From an uncultured bacterium (GTDB taxonomy: Bacteria > Chlamydiota > Chlamydiia > Chlamydiales > SM23-39): 64,000 bases of DNA. The notes under the pieces are model-generated. The model saw nothing but the letters and a program-made list of their open reading frames with translations. It was not told the DNA's origin and made no database searches. Below are positions 27,576 through 34,505 of the stretch, piece after piece. Made by a program: the position numbers and the translations under genes. Location of the stretch: contig CAZVHA010000001.1 of the NCBI GenBank assembly GCA_964626905.1, positions 65,294 to 129,293 of the forward strand, given 5' to 3'. Positions within the stretch are counted from its first letter, which is position 1; every line of letters starts with the position of its first letter.

Positions 27576-28001
27576 ATGGATTTCGATATGGTTGGGCCTG
27601 CAGTAGTGATGGCGCTTGCGTCTTTAGGCAGCTCCATTGGGTGTGGAATAGCGGGGATGGCCTCGCACGGAGTGATGACGAGAGTGGATGAGGGGCATGC
27701 AAAATTCATTACCCTTTCGGCGATCCCCTCATCGCAATCGATTTACGGCTTTATTTTGATGATTGTGATGCGTGGGGCGATCCGGACGGGGACTCTTGCG
27801 CCGCTCAATGCGCTTGGGATTGGTTTTTTTGTTGGGATTGCGATCATGACTTCGGCGATTTATCAGGGCAAATGTGCGGTGACGGCGATCCAAGCATCGG
27901 CGAAGCAGCCGGCCATTTATGGGATGACGATTGCGGCGCTTGGAATTGTCGAATCGTTTGCCCTTTTTGCCTTTGTCTTTGCCCTTCTTTTGATCATCTA
28001 G
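27576..28001 (+). CDS. atpK: V-type ATP synthase subunit K (proteolipid c)
   Basis: 141 aa, very hydrophobic and Gly/Ala-rich, with a conserved acidic residue in the last helix (GIVESFALF). Confidence 0.9.
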   Translation: MDFDMVGPAVVMALASLGSSIGCGIAGMASHGVMTRVDEGHAKFITLSAIPSSQSIYGFILMIVMRGAIRTGTLAPLNALGIGFFVGIAIMTSAIYQGKCAVTAIQASAKQPAIYGMTIAALGIVESFALFAFVFALLLII

Positions 28002-28043
28002 AGAGGCATCCGCAACACTCATTTGCCCGTTAAAATCGCCCTT

Positions 28044-28142
28044 TTGAGCCACGTTGCGTCCATTCTCCTCACCCAACCCACTAGGGGTTGGCCTCGTCGA
28101 ATGGATCGTGGCAGCCTTGCTGCCACTCGTAACGTGGCTCAA
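28044..28142. repeat. 99 nt Y-shaped (three-way junction) self-complementary element
   Basis: Outer stem 28044-28058 / 28128-42 (14/15). Inner hairpin 1: 28059-65/28099-105 plus 28073-79/28085-91. Inner hairpin 2: 28108-14/28120-26. No convincing ORF covers it. Confidence 0.7.
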
Positions 28143-28248
28143 AATCATCGATTTTTCCTTAGCAAAGCAGTATTGCGGGCTGCCTCTAGACAAAAAATCA
28201 AAATTGGAGTTGAATATCTGCTCATATTTTAACCGTAAGGAGTGAGTT

Positions 28249-28941
28249 ATGAGTGCGATCACAGGACAAGGTGCGAAGCAGGCGATTGCTGATCAGGTGA
28301 TGTCTTTGACATGCCATTCATCGATGGGTCTTATCGTCAATCACATTGAGGAATTTTTGACCCGTTCGAATGGGGTCGAAGGGGGAGAAAATGGGATTCC
28401 GACGATTCACCAAAAGGGGAAGTGGAACGTATCGATTCAATCGTTCATCGGATCGGCATTCTTGAGTTGCATCACCTATGTTTCTCTGAGGGCTCTTGCG
28501 ATTGTGAGTCTTGTTTACAATGGGGTGATCGGGCTTGGCAAATTGGCGCTCGCATTTCCGATGAGTTTGGGGAATGCGGAGAGCTACAAAAAAGCGCAAG
28601 ATCTTTGCGAAGAGGGTTTTTTCCATCTTGTCGTGGGCGCGTCTGATTTTGCCGTTCAATATTTTAGCCTAGTGCTCTCGATTGTATCGCTCGGATTTGG
28701 GGTTTCTCCTGACTCTATCAAAGAGGGGTTGAAGAAGTTTTATCAGCCGTGGGGAGGCGCAATCCACGAGGGGACTGATGAGGCAAAAGAGAAAAAGTAT
28801 TGTGTGGCGCAAGTGCTGGCCGACTCGCTGCAAAGGCTCATCATGCCGAAACGGGAAGGGGATAAGAATCGATTCCAACAGATTGCGGAAGCAATCGATG
28901 GAACTGCCTACGCTGCTCCTGGAGTTACCCCTGGGAGTTGA
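28249..28941 (+). CDS. hypothetical membrane protein (possible Inc-like)
   Basis: 230 aa with paired hydrophobic segments (FIGSAFLSCITYVSLRALAIVSLVYNGVIGLGKLALAF, then FAVQYFSLVLSIVSLGFGV). No known motif. Confidence 0.45.
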   Translation: MSAITGQGAKQAIADQVMSLTCHSSMGLIVNHIEEFLTRSNGVEGGENGIPTIHQKGKWNVSIQSFIGSAFLSCITYVSLRALAIVSLVYNGVIGLGKLALAFPMSLGNAESYKKAQDLCEEGFFHLVVGASDFAVQYFSLVLSIVSLGFGVSPDSIKEGLKKFYQPWGGAIHEGTDEAKEKKYCVAQVLADSLQRLIMPKREGDKNRFQQIAEAIDGTAYAAPGVTPGS

Positions 28942-29428
28942 TCGCAAAGCCGATCCGGGCGAGCAGGAAGCGAGTGACGAAAAGAGGATGGAGCGCGAGG
29001 AGTTTTAAGAAGGTCCGGTAGTTCACCGAGGTCAATTTTTTTTGGACTGTCGGGCCTTGCTTTTGTGCATCGAGGATCCACTCCAAATAAGGAGGGGGCA
29101 TGGGGGGGAGTTCTTTAAAAGAGAAGAACTGGATCCCGCGCGTCTCTTTTGTGATTTGGGCTTTGCCGTGGAGGATTTCGCATTCGAAGAGGTGGGTTCT
29201 TTTGGCGAGGCGATTGATGGGGATGTAATCTCCGACAAGCCGGTTGACTTTGACGCTGAAGCCGGTTTCTTCCAAGACTTCTCTAACGATCGCGGTGTTG
29301 GGGGATTCTCCGGGATCGATGCCTCCTCCGGGGAGGACCCAGACGGGGACGTCTCTTCTTTTGATGAGGAGAATTTTGCTTCGGTCGGGAGAAAAAATAG
29401 CGCCAGCGACGCTTTGAGGGATGGTCAT
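28925..29428 (-). CDS. NUDIX hydrolase
   Basis: The Nudix box GGGIDPGESPNTAIVREVLEETG is present. ATG 29428 (MTIPQSVAGAIF..) is preferred over the ORF-track start at 29464. Confidence 0.85.
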   Translation of the reverse strand: MTIPQSVAGAIFSPDRSKILLIKRRDVPVWVLPGGGIDPGESPNTAIVREVLEETGFSVKVNRLVGDYIPINRLAKRTHLFECEILHGKAQITKETRGIQFFSFKELPPMPPPYLEWILDAQKQGPTVQKKLTSVNYRTFLKLLALHPLFVTRFLLARIGFAINSQG

Positions 29429-29897
29429 GAAAAAGAAGATACTGCAATTTTGTTTTTTTCTCACCTTTTTTGCGGGGTGTTATAAGGAACATCTCTATGT
29501 GCAGCAGGAGTGGCTCGATCGCAATTATTTAGCGAGTAGCTATGTCAATACGCCTGATCCGAGACAAGAATCTCCGCCGACGGGGCACAGACTCTTGATT
29601 GCGTGGCGTTTTCCCTCGAATCTCGTCAATTATGGATTGAATCTTTGTTTGCGGGTCCGTTTTTGGGATCAAGTGGAGGAGGAGATTGAGAGGCCCATTT
29701 GCAAATCGCACGGGCATTTTGCTTTTAATTTTTTAGATCAAAAGATTTTGACTTACCGGATTGAGGTGAAAAATCAGGCGGGGGAGGTGGTGGAGGTTTG
29801 GGAGCACCATTTTTGGACCAAACTGATCGATGTGGATCGGAGGAGCTCTTCTGTCTCATCCCAACCCAAACAGGGGTCTGTGATGGAGACGCCGTAG
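29421..29897 (+). CDS. hypothetical lipoprotein
   Basis: 158 aa with a lipobox 'FFAGC' after a hydrophobic N-terminus. The last 124 nt overlap the 3' end of the convergent DAHP synthase gene. Confidence 0.5.
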   Translation: MVMKKKILQFCFFLTFFAGCYKEHLYVQQEWLDRNYLASSYVNTPDPRQESPPTGHRLLIAWRFPSNLVNYGLNLCLRVRFWDQVEEEIERPICKSHGHFAFNFLDQKILTYRIEVKNQAGEVVEVWEHHFWTKLIDVDRRSSSVSSQPKQGSVMETP

Positions 29898-30811
29898 CTC
29901 AAGAAGTTGAGATCGTCGTAGAGGGGCTGTTTTCCGGGGAAGAGGTGGCTTTCCAACATGAGACCTGCGATTGCGGGATTGACCATTGCCTGATCGATGA
30001 CGGTGCGAAAGACAAGGGTTTGTTTTGTGTGGTCTTTTCCGCAGTTGCCGTGGGAGCAATCGACGATGAGGCGCGGTTCGAGCCGATGTTCTTTGAGTGC
30101 ATTGAGTGCAAACGCGATGGAGTGGGCGTCGTAATTGGATCCCTGATCTCCTCCGCGGAGGACGAGATGGGTGTAGGGATTTCCAAAAGTTTGGATTTTG
30201 GCTATACAGCCTCTTGGGTCGATGCCGATATGGGAGTGGGGAATTTTTGAGGTGAGGATTCCGGCGATGGCGCTGCCGATATTGCCTTGGGAGTCGTTTT
30301 TAAATCCGATGGGAAATTTCAGTCCTGAGGCGAGCTGTCTGTGGGGTTGGGAGGCGCTCGTTCTAGCGCCGATGAGTCCCCAAACGATGAGATCGTCGAA
30401 GTAGGGGAGGACGAGCGGTTCAAGCAATTCGGTTGCGCAAGGGATCCCGAGTTCTGCAATTTTGAGAATGAGAGATCTCGATTTTCGGATGCCCGATGCG
30501 ATGTCATGAGTGCCGTTTAAATCGGGGTCATAGAGCATCCCTTTCCATCCGAGCCGTGTCCGGGGCTTTTCAAAAAAGAGGCGCATGATGGGGAAAAAGG
30601 GCTCATCGATCTCTGTCATTAACTTTTTTAGTTTTAGGGCATATTCATAGACGGCTTCTGGATCGTGAATGGAACAAGGGCCCAAGATGACGGCTAATCG
30701 CGGGGTTTTTCTCGCCAAGATTTCGATCGCCTCCCGGCGCCACGAATCGATTTTTTCGGGGACAGTGAGGGGCAATTCGCTCTTGATTTGCAACGGTGTT
30801 GGCAGTAGCAT
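29774..30811 (-). CDS. aroG: 3-deoxy-7-phosphoheptulonate (DAHP) synthase, class I
   Basis: 345 aa; 'GPCSIHD', 'KPRT..GWKG...DP' and 'SITD.C.GW..T..LL' match AroG/F/H-type enzymes. Confidence 0.9.
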   Translation of the reverse strand: MLLPTPLQIKSELPLTVPEKIDSWRREAIEILARKTPRLAVILGPCSIHDPEAVYEYALKLKKLMTEIDEPFFPIMRLFFEKPRTRLGWKGMLYDPDLNGTHDIASGIRKSRSLILKIAELGIPCATELLEPLVLPYFDDLIVWGLIGARTSASQPHRQLASGLKFPIGFKNDSQGNIGSAIAGILTSKIPHSHIGIDPRGCIAKIQTFGNPYTHLVLRGGDQGSNYDAHSIAFALNALKEHRLEPRLIVDCSHGNCGKDHTKQTLVFRTVIDQAMVNPAIAGLMLESHLFPGKQPLYDDLNFLSYGVSITDPCLGWDETEELLRSTSISLVQKWCSQTSTTSPA

Positions 30812-30876
30812 CGAAGGCTCATTCTAAAAAAAAGGGCGATTCAAATCAAATCCCAAAAAAGGTCCTCTTAATCTGA

Positions 30877-31442
30877 ATTGCCACAAAAGGAATCTTCTTT
30901 TAAAATCCCTCACTTCTTAAATCCCTCGCAAAGGAGACCCTATGAGCATACCACCTGTAACACCTCCATCGAATCCTCCTCAAAACCCCCCTTTATTTCA
31001 TATAACGCACCTTGCATTTCAAGGGACATTCGGGGTGGGTGGTGACTTTGCAGCGAGGACGGAGCTAAGTATTTATCCAGATAGGGCTACCGTCGCCACA
31101 AAAATCATGAAATACTCGGCCTTACCTGTTCAAGCCCAAAGGCAGCTGGATCCTCTTTTTTTCAAGTCATTGGGAGCGAACAAGAAGACTACGGTTCTTT
31201 GTGCTTTTGGCCCTCGTTTGCAAAGACAAGGTCTATCTGAGCAAGACCGTCAACAATGCGAGAAGGCACAGTCTGATGGATCCCCCTGTTATCCTTTGGT
31301 TAAGCAGGTGACCATGACGAATATCCATGAAACGCCTGTAGAGAGAGAGCAAATTAAAAGGCTCACACAGATGGTGGCAACGGTTGTAGATCAATGCTTT
31401 CCAAATTGGCAAAAAGCAGACTCCAAATCGGAAGAGCAATAG
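30877..31442 (+). repeat. left copy of diverged direct duplication (upstream region plus 166 aa gene)
   Basis: It aligns with 35546-36120 at an offset of about 4669 bp. The upstream motif ATTGCCACAAAAGGAATCTTCTTTTA.AATC and the RBS AAAGGAGACCC are shared. Confidence 0.85.
30942..31442 (+). CDS. hypothetical protein, paralog A (166 aa)
   Basis: Pro-rich N-terminus (PPVTPPSNPPQNPP), then conserved 'GVGGDFAA.TE..IYPDRATV.TKIMKYS.LP'. It is roughly 55-60% identical by eye to the ORF at 35611-36120. Confidence 0.7.
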   Translation: MSIPPVTPPSNPPQNPPLFHITHLAFQGTFGVGGDFAARTELSIYPDRATVATKIMKYSALPVQAQRQLDPLFFKSLGANKKTTVLCAFGPRLQRQGLSEQDRQQCEKAQSDGSPCYPLVKQVTMTNIHETPVEREQIKRLTQMVATVVDQCFPNWQKADSKSEEQ

Positions 31443-31663
31443 AGCGAACTATTGGATCAAGGCATTTGAAGCAATTCTGCGCCGAGGAAAAGAGCGTGCC
31501 GAATCATTTTTTCAGTTTATCCCCATAAACTTCCCCAAAACACCTCAAAGGGGGCTTTTTTATTAGAGATTATGTTGTCAATACCATTATTCTGTATATG
31601 TTTGATTTTTTAATTTGTTGTATATTATAATACTTGTTAACAAATTAAACGGATAAACTAAAA

Positions 31664-33166
31664 ATGACACCATTAGACCAAGTAAGAAAGCCAATCTACA
31701 CGATCGCATTTGATGAAGAGGCGAAAGGCGCTAGGCCCCCTCTTTGTTTATTGGAACAGAGTGCCAAAAATCTGAATGGGGTCGTTTCCCCGACTCTCGC
31801 AGGGATTCCAAGCGATGTATTAGATCTGATAATTCGTTTCGAGCCATCTATTACTCAAAAGCTTCATCAAACAAATAAAGCATTGAAGGGGTCTGTAGAA
31901 GATATCTATTTAAAATATTCTCTATGGGATAAAATTAAGAATTTGCCGAATATCAGTATTATCGTAGAAGGGGATCCATTCTTCATAAAACAGAACTCCG
32001 TAGGCGAAAAAATAAAGCGGCTCATTTCCATGGCTCGAGCGATGAACCCCTCTTGGCCCAGAGAACTGAGAGGCCTTGGATTTACCGAAGCAAGGAACTT
32101 TTGTAATCTAAGCAAGATGATCCCTTTTAATCGCATTTTGGAAGTTGCTCTCTCCATGAAAAATGAGGAACTGGCAAAACATTTTCTTACGAAGTTTGGG
32201 GTGGAATTCCTCGATCAAATTGACACCTACCATGCACTTAAGGCCGCTTTGCAGCAGGGCATTTCATTGTCAATCATTGATCCGCTGCTTTCGCATCTTG
32301 GAGATGAATACTATTTGATCAAGCTTTTGCCTCTTTTATATGAGTTCAAACCAACTTTGGTAGAACCTTTCTTTCAGAGGAAGCGTTTTAATATGGATAA
32401 AGCGCTTTGTTTTGCTGCTAAAGAAGGCAAACCAGATCTCATTCGCTTCATCGTAAGTTCAAACAATCCTTACTCGACGAGTTTCACCCCGTATGCCGGC
32501 ATAGAAATATATAATGAGGAACGTGGACTTCAAAGGGCGATGATGGTGGTGGTCGATCAAGGGAACACAGAATCATTGGAGGCTCTTATAAGCGCAGAGC
32601 CTAGCCTAGAGATTTTAAAGCATGCGAAAAAACGGGCGGTTTTTTGTCATCTGATGGAACAAGCTGAGGAGCTATTTCCGGGAGGAGGGGGATTGCTGAA
32701 TGGGCGGGCGTACTTGACAAGCGAAAGGTACCGCAACGGGGTAGATAACGAAGAAGAACTAGATCGGCTTCACGCCCAAATTCCAGAGCCTTTCCGCAGC
32801 GCAGCAACTCTCTTTATTGGAGATCTGGTTCCTCATCAAAATCACAGGGAGATTCAAGAGCTTCTAGACCGAGCAATCGCGCAGCGTTCCCAAGATGACG
32901 ACGTGAAGGAAACACCCCCACCCTTAGTCGATGAGGAAATCCCTCAAGCAGTTCTAACCTTAGTCGATGAGGAAATCCCTCAAGCAGTTCTAGCTGCAGA
33001 TGATAGAAATTTACAGAGAAGAGAAGGGATTGAGGTGGTCCGTGTAATCAATTTTGCTGATGACGTACACGATGCTGCATATAGGAACAGAGTCTTAGCG
33101 GTATCAACGGCAGTTTTGCTTTTGGCGCTGATTTGGCAGTTCTCTTCCTCTTGGGGCGCCGAATAG
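31664..33166 (+). CDS. hypothetical eukaryote-like protein: tentative F-box-like motif, ankyrin-like repeats, C-terminal tail anchor
   Basis: 500 aa. 'IPSDVLDLIIRFEPSITQKLHQTNKALKGSV' resembles an F-box. 'ALCFAAKEGKPDLIRFIVSS' and 'VVVDQGNTESLEALISA' are ANK-like. The C-terminal segment is hydrophobic (VLAVSTAVLLLALIWQF). The gene is lower in GC than its flanks and is preceded by an AT-rich region. Confidence 0.65.
   Translation: MTPLDQVRKPIYTIAFDEEAKGARPPLCLLEQSAKNLNGVVSPTLAGIPSDVLDLIIRFEPSITQKLHQTNKALKGSVEDIYLKYSLWDKIKNLPNISIIVEGDPFFIKQNSVGEKIKRLISMARAMNPSWPRELRGLGFTEARNFCNLSKMIPFNRILEVALSMKNEELAKHFLTKFGVEFLDQIDTYHALKAALQQGISLSIIDPLLSHLGDEYYLIKLLPLLYEFKPTLVEPFFQRKRFNMDKALCFAAKEGKPDLIRFIVSSNNPYSTSFTPYAGIEIYNEERGLQRAMMVVVDQGNTESLEALISAEPSLEILKHAKKRAVFCHLMEQAEELFPGGGGLLNGRAYLTSERYRNGVDNEEELDRLHAQIPEPFRSAATLFIGDLVPHQNHREIQELLDRAIAQRSQDDDVKETPPPLVDEEIPQAVLTLVDEEIPQAVLAADDRNLQRREGIEVVRVINFADDVHDAAYRNRVLAVSTAVLLLALIWQFSSSWGAE
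32922..32993 (+). repeat. 2 x 36 bp in-frame tandem duplication inside the 500 aa gene
   Basis: CCTTAGTCGATGAGGAAATCCCTCAAGCAGTTCTAA occurs twice with 35/36 identity and encodes LVDEEIPQAVL twice. Confidence 0.95.
33108..33166 (+). repeat. direct repeat copy 1 (3' end and stop of the 500 aa gene)
   Basis: GGCAGTTTTGCTTTTGGCGCTGATTTGGCAGTTCTCTTCCTCTTGGGGCGCCGAATAGG is about 90% identical to 33562-33620. Confidence 0.9.
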
Positions 33167-33261
33167 GCTCTGATTAAAACCCGCTAGGCTTTCTTCGGTG
33201 TCTTTTCTTTAAGACCGGCTATTTTCTGGGTGGGCTCGCAGCGATTGTAATATTCCTCTCA

Positions 33262-33561
33262 CTAAGGAAGAAGCTCTCCATTTTTAACAATTGGGCGAAC
33301 ATGGGTATGCTCTTGTTCTTCAACCCACAAGTCATAATTCGCCTGTAGATTGAGCCAAAGTTGGGGCGTAGTGTCAAAAGCCTCTCCTAAAGAAATGGCA
33401 ATAGCAGGAGTAACTTTTGTCTTACAAGCCCTGATCTTAAATAAAGTGTTCCTAGCAATTCCTAATCTATCCGCAAGTTTCTGCAAATTTAGATTAAGCG
33501 GCTTAATATAATCCTCATCAAGGATTTCTCCTGGATGAGTTGGTTTTCTTTTCTTTACCAT
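33262..33561 (-). CDS. higA: HigA-family antitoxin (XRE-type HTH), apparently orphan
   Basis: 99 aa; 'THPGEILDEDYIKPLNL....LA..LG..RNT...I......T...A..L...F.T....WLNLQ..YDL' is the HigA/VapI pattern. No HigB-like ORF lies upstream. Confidence 0.8.
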   Translation of the reverse strand: MVKKRKPTHPGEILDEDYIKPLNLNLQKLADRLGIARNTLFKIRACKTKVTPAIAISLGEAFDTTPQLWLNLQANYDLWVEEQEHTHVRPIVKNGELLP

Positions 33562-33620
33562 GGCAGTTGTGCTTTTGGCGCTGATTTGGCAGTTTTCTTA
33601 CCTTTGGAGTGCCGAATAGG
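33562..33620 (+). repeat. direct repeat copy 2 (orphan fragment of a tail-anchor coding end)
   Basis: It would encode AVVLLALIWQFSYLWSAE*, compared with AVLLLALIWQFSSSWGAE* at the true gene end. It abuts the higA start codon. Confidence 0.9.
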
Positions 33621-33652
33621 CCAGGGAGTAGAGGAGTCAAGTAATTGACTCC

Positions 33653-34000
33653 CTAATCTTGAACCTTATTCGCGCTCACCAATGGTTTAATATACCTTAT
33701 CAGGGACGGAAGGTCTTTTTCTATTGTATTCCAAACTTCTTCAATGTCTACTTCAAAATAACCATGAGTAATGCGATCCCTCATTCCGGCAATTAATTTT
33801 CAAGGAATTGCAGGATGCAGTTTTCTAAAATCTGGTGAAAGCCGTTTTACAGCCTCTCCGATAACGATGATCTGATGCATGACTCCTGATTGCACCAAGG
33901 AGTTTTGAAGAAACTATTTTTTTGTGATATTGCCAACGAATTTTTGTGCAGTTTCTGCGGCATTGATAATATCCAATAAAAACGCAATATCACGCTGCAT
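33653..34000 (-). pseudogene. HEPN (DUF86) toxin gene with two in-frame stop codons
   Basis: My manual translation gives MQRDIAFLLDIINAAETAQKFVGNITKK*FLQNSLVQSGVMHQIIVIGEAVKRLSPDFRKLHPAIP*KLIAGMRDRITHGYFEVD... The stops are TAG (33914-33916) and TGA (33800-33802, where Trp is expected). The R-x4-H motif RDRITH is intact. The start overlaps the MNT stop (ATGCAGCGTGA). Confidence 0.8.
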
Positions 34001-34304
34001 AATACACTTCTGCCGATTCTAAAATATTTTGCTTGCGAATCCAATTTCGACTATTAATAATCGCTCTTTTGCTTATCAGATCCACCGGTCTATTGAAAAT
34101 TTGAGTTAATTCTTCTTCCATTTTTGCAAGGTCGAGCAGCCCCCAGCTGGCCTTTTGAGAGAACTCAATAAGAATGTCTACATCACTGCCTGAGTGAAAA
34201 TCTTCTCTAAGTACAGAGCCAAAAAATGATAGTTCTGTAATATTCCATCTTTTGCAAAACTCTTCAACTTTGGCCCGAGGAATCTCAATCTGAAGTTTTT
34301 TCAT
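33990..34304 (-). CDS. MNT-type nucleotidyltransferase (antitoxin partner of HEPN)
   Basis: 104 aa with the motif 'FFGSVLREDFHSGSDVDILIEF' (GS..D.D of the minimal nucleotidyltransferase fold). Intact. Confidence 0.85.
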   Translation of the reverse strand: MKKLQIEIPRAKVEEFCKRWNITELSFFGSVLREDFHSGSDVDILIEFSQKASWGLLDLAKMEEELTQIFNRPVDLISKRAIINSRNWIRKQNILESAEVYYAA

Positions 34305-34505
34305 GCAAATCCCCTATTTCTTAATTCTATCGTATATAGACCGCTCTTTGTCAACAGACTTTTTGGCTATCTTTTTCCGAATATCGCTATTCAGTGCCAT
34401 TTTTTGACCCTGGATGGAGCCCTTCGACAACACAATCAAAAGAAATCTTATAAAGCAATCTCTAAGCCTTGTGCTGTAGGTAGTTGACATGCTATCCTAC
34501 TTTCC

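Noticed and set aside
32922-32993. Possible CRISPR-like repeat (also the CACCGAGG repeats at 57981-58005)
   Set aside because: There are only two directly adjacent copies with no spacers, inside a coding region. The CACCGAGG copies are part of a hairpin stem. No cas genes are present, so this is not a CRISPR array.
33800-33802. TGA at a conserved Trp position in the HEPN gene as a sign of an alternative genetic code (TGA=Trp)
   Set aside because: Conserved genes in this window terminate correctly at TGA (e.g. rpoC at 16085-16087, atpB at 25032-25034, pyk at 57934-57936). The HEPN frame also contains a TAG. Pseudogenisation is the simpler reading.
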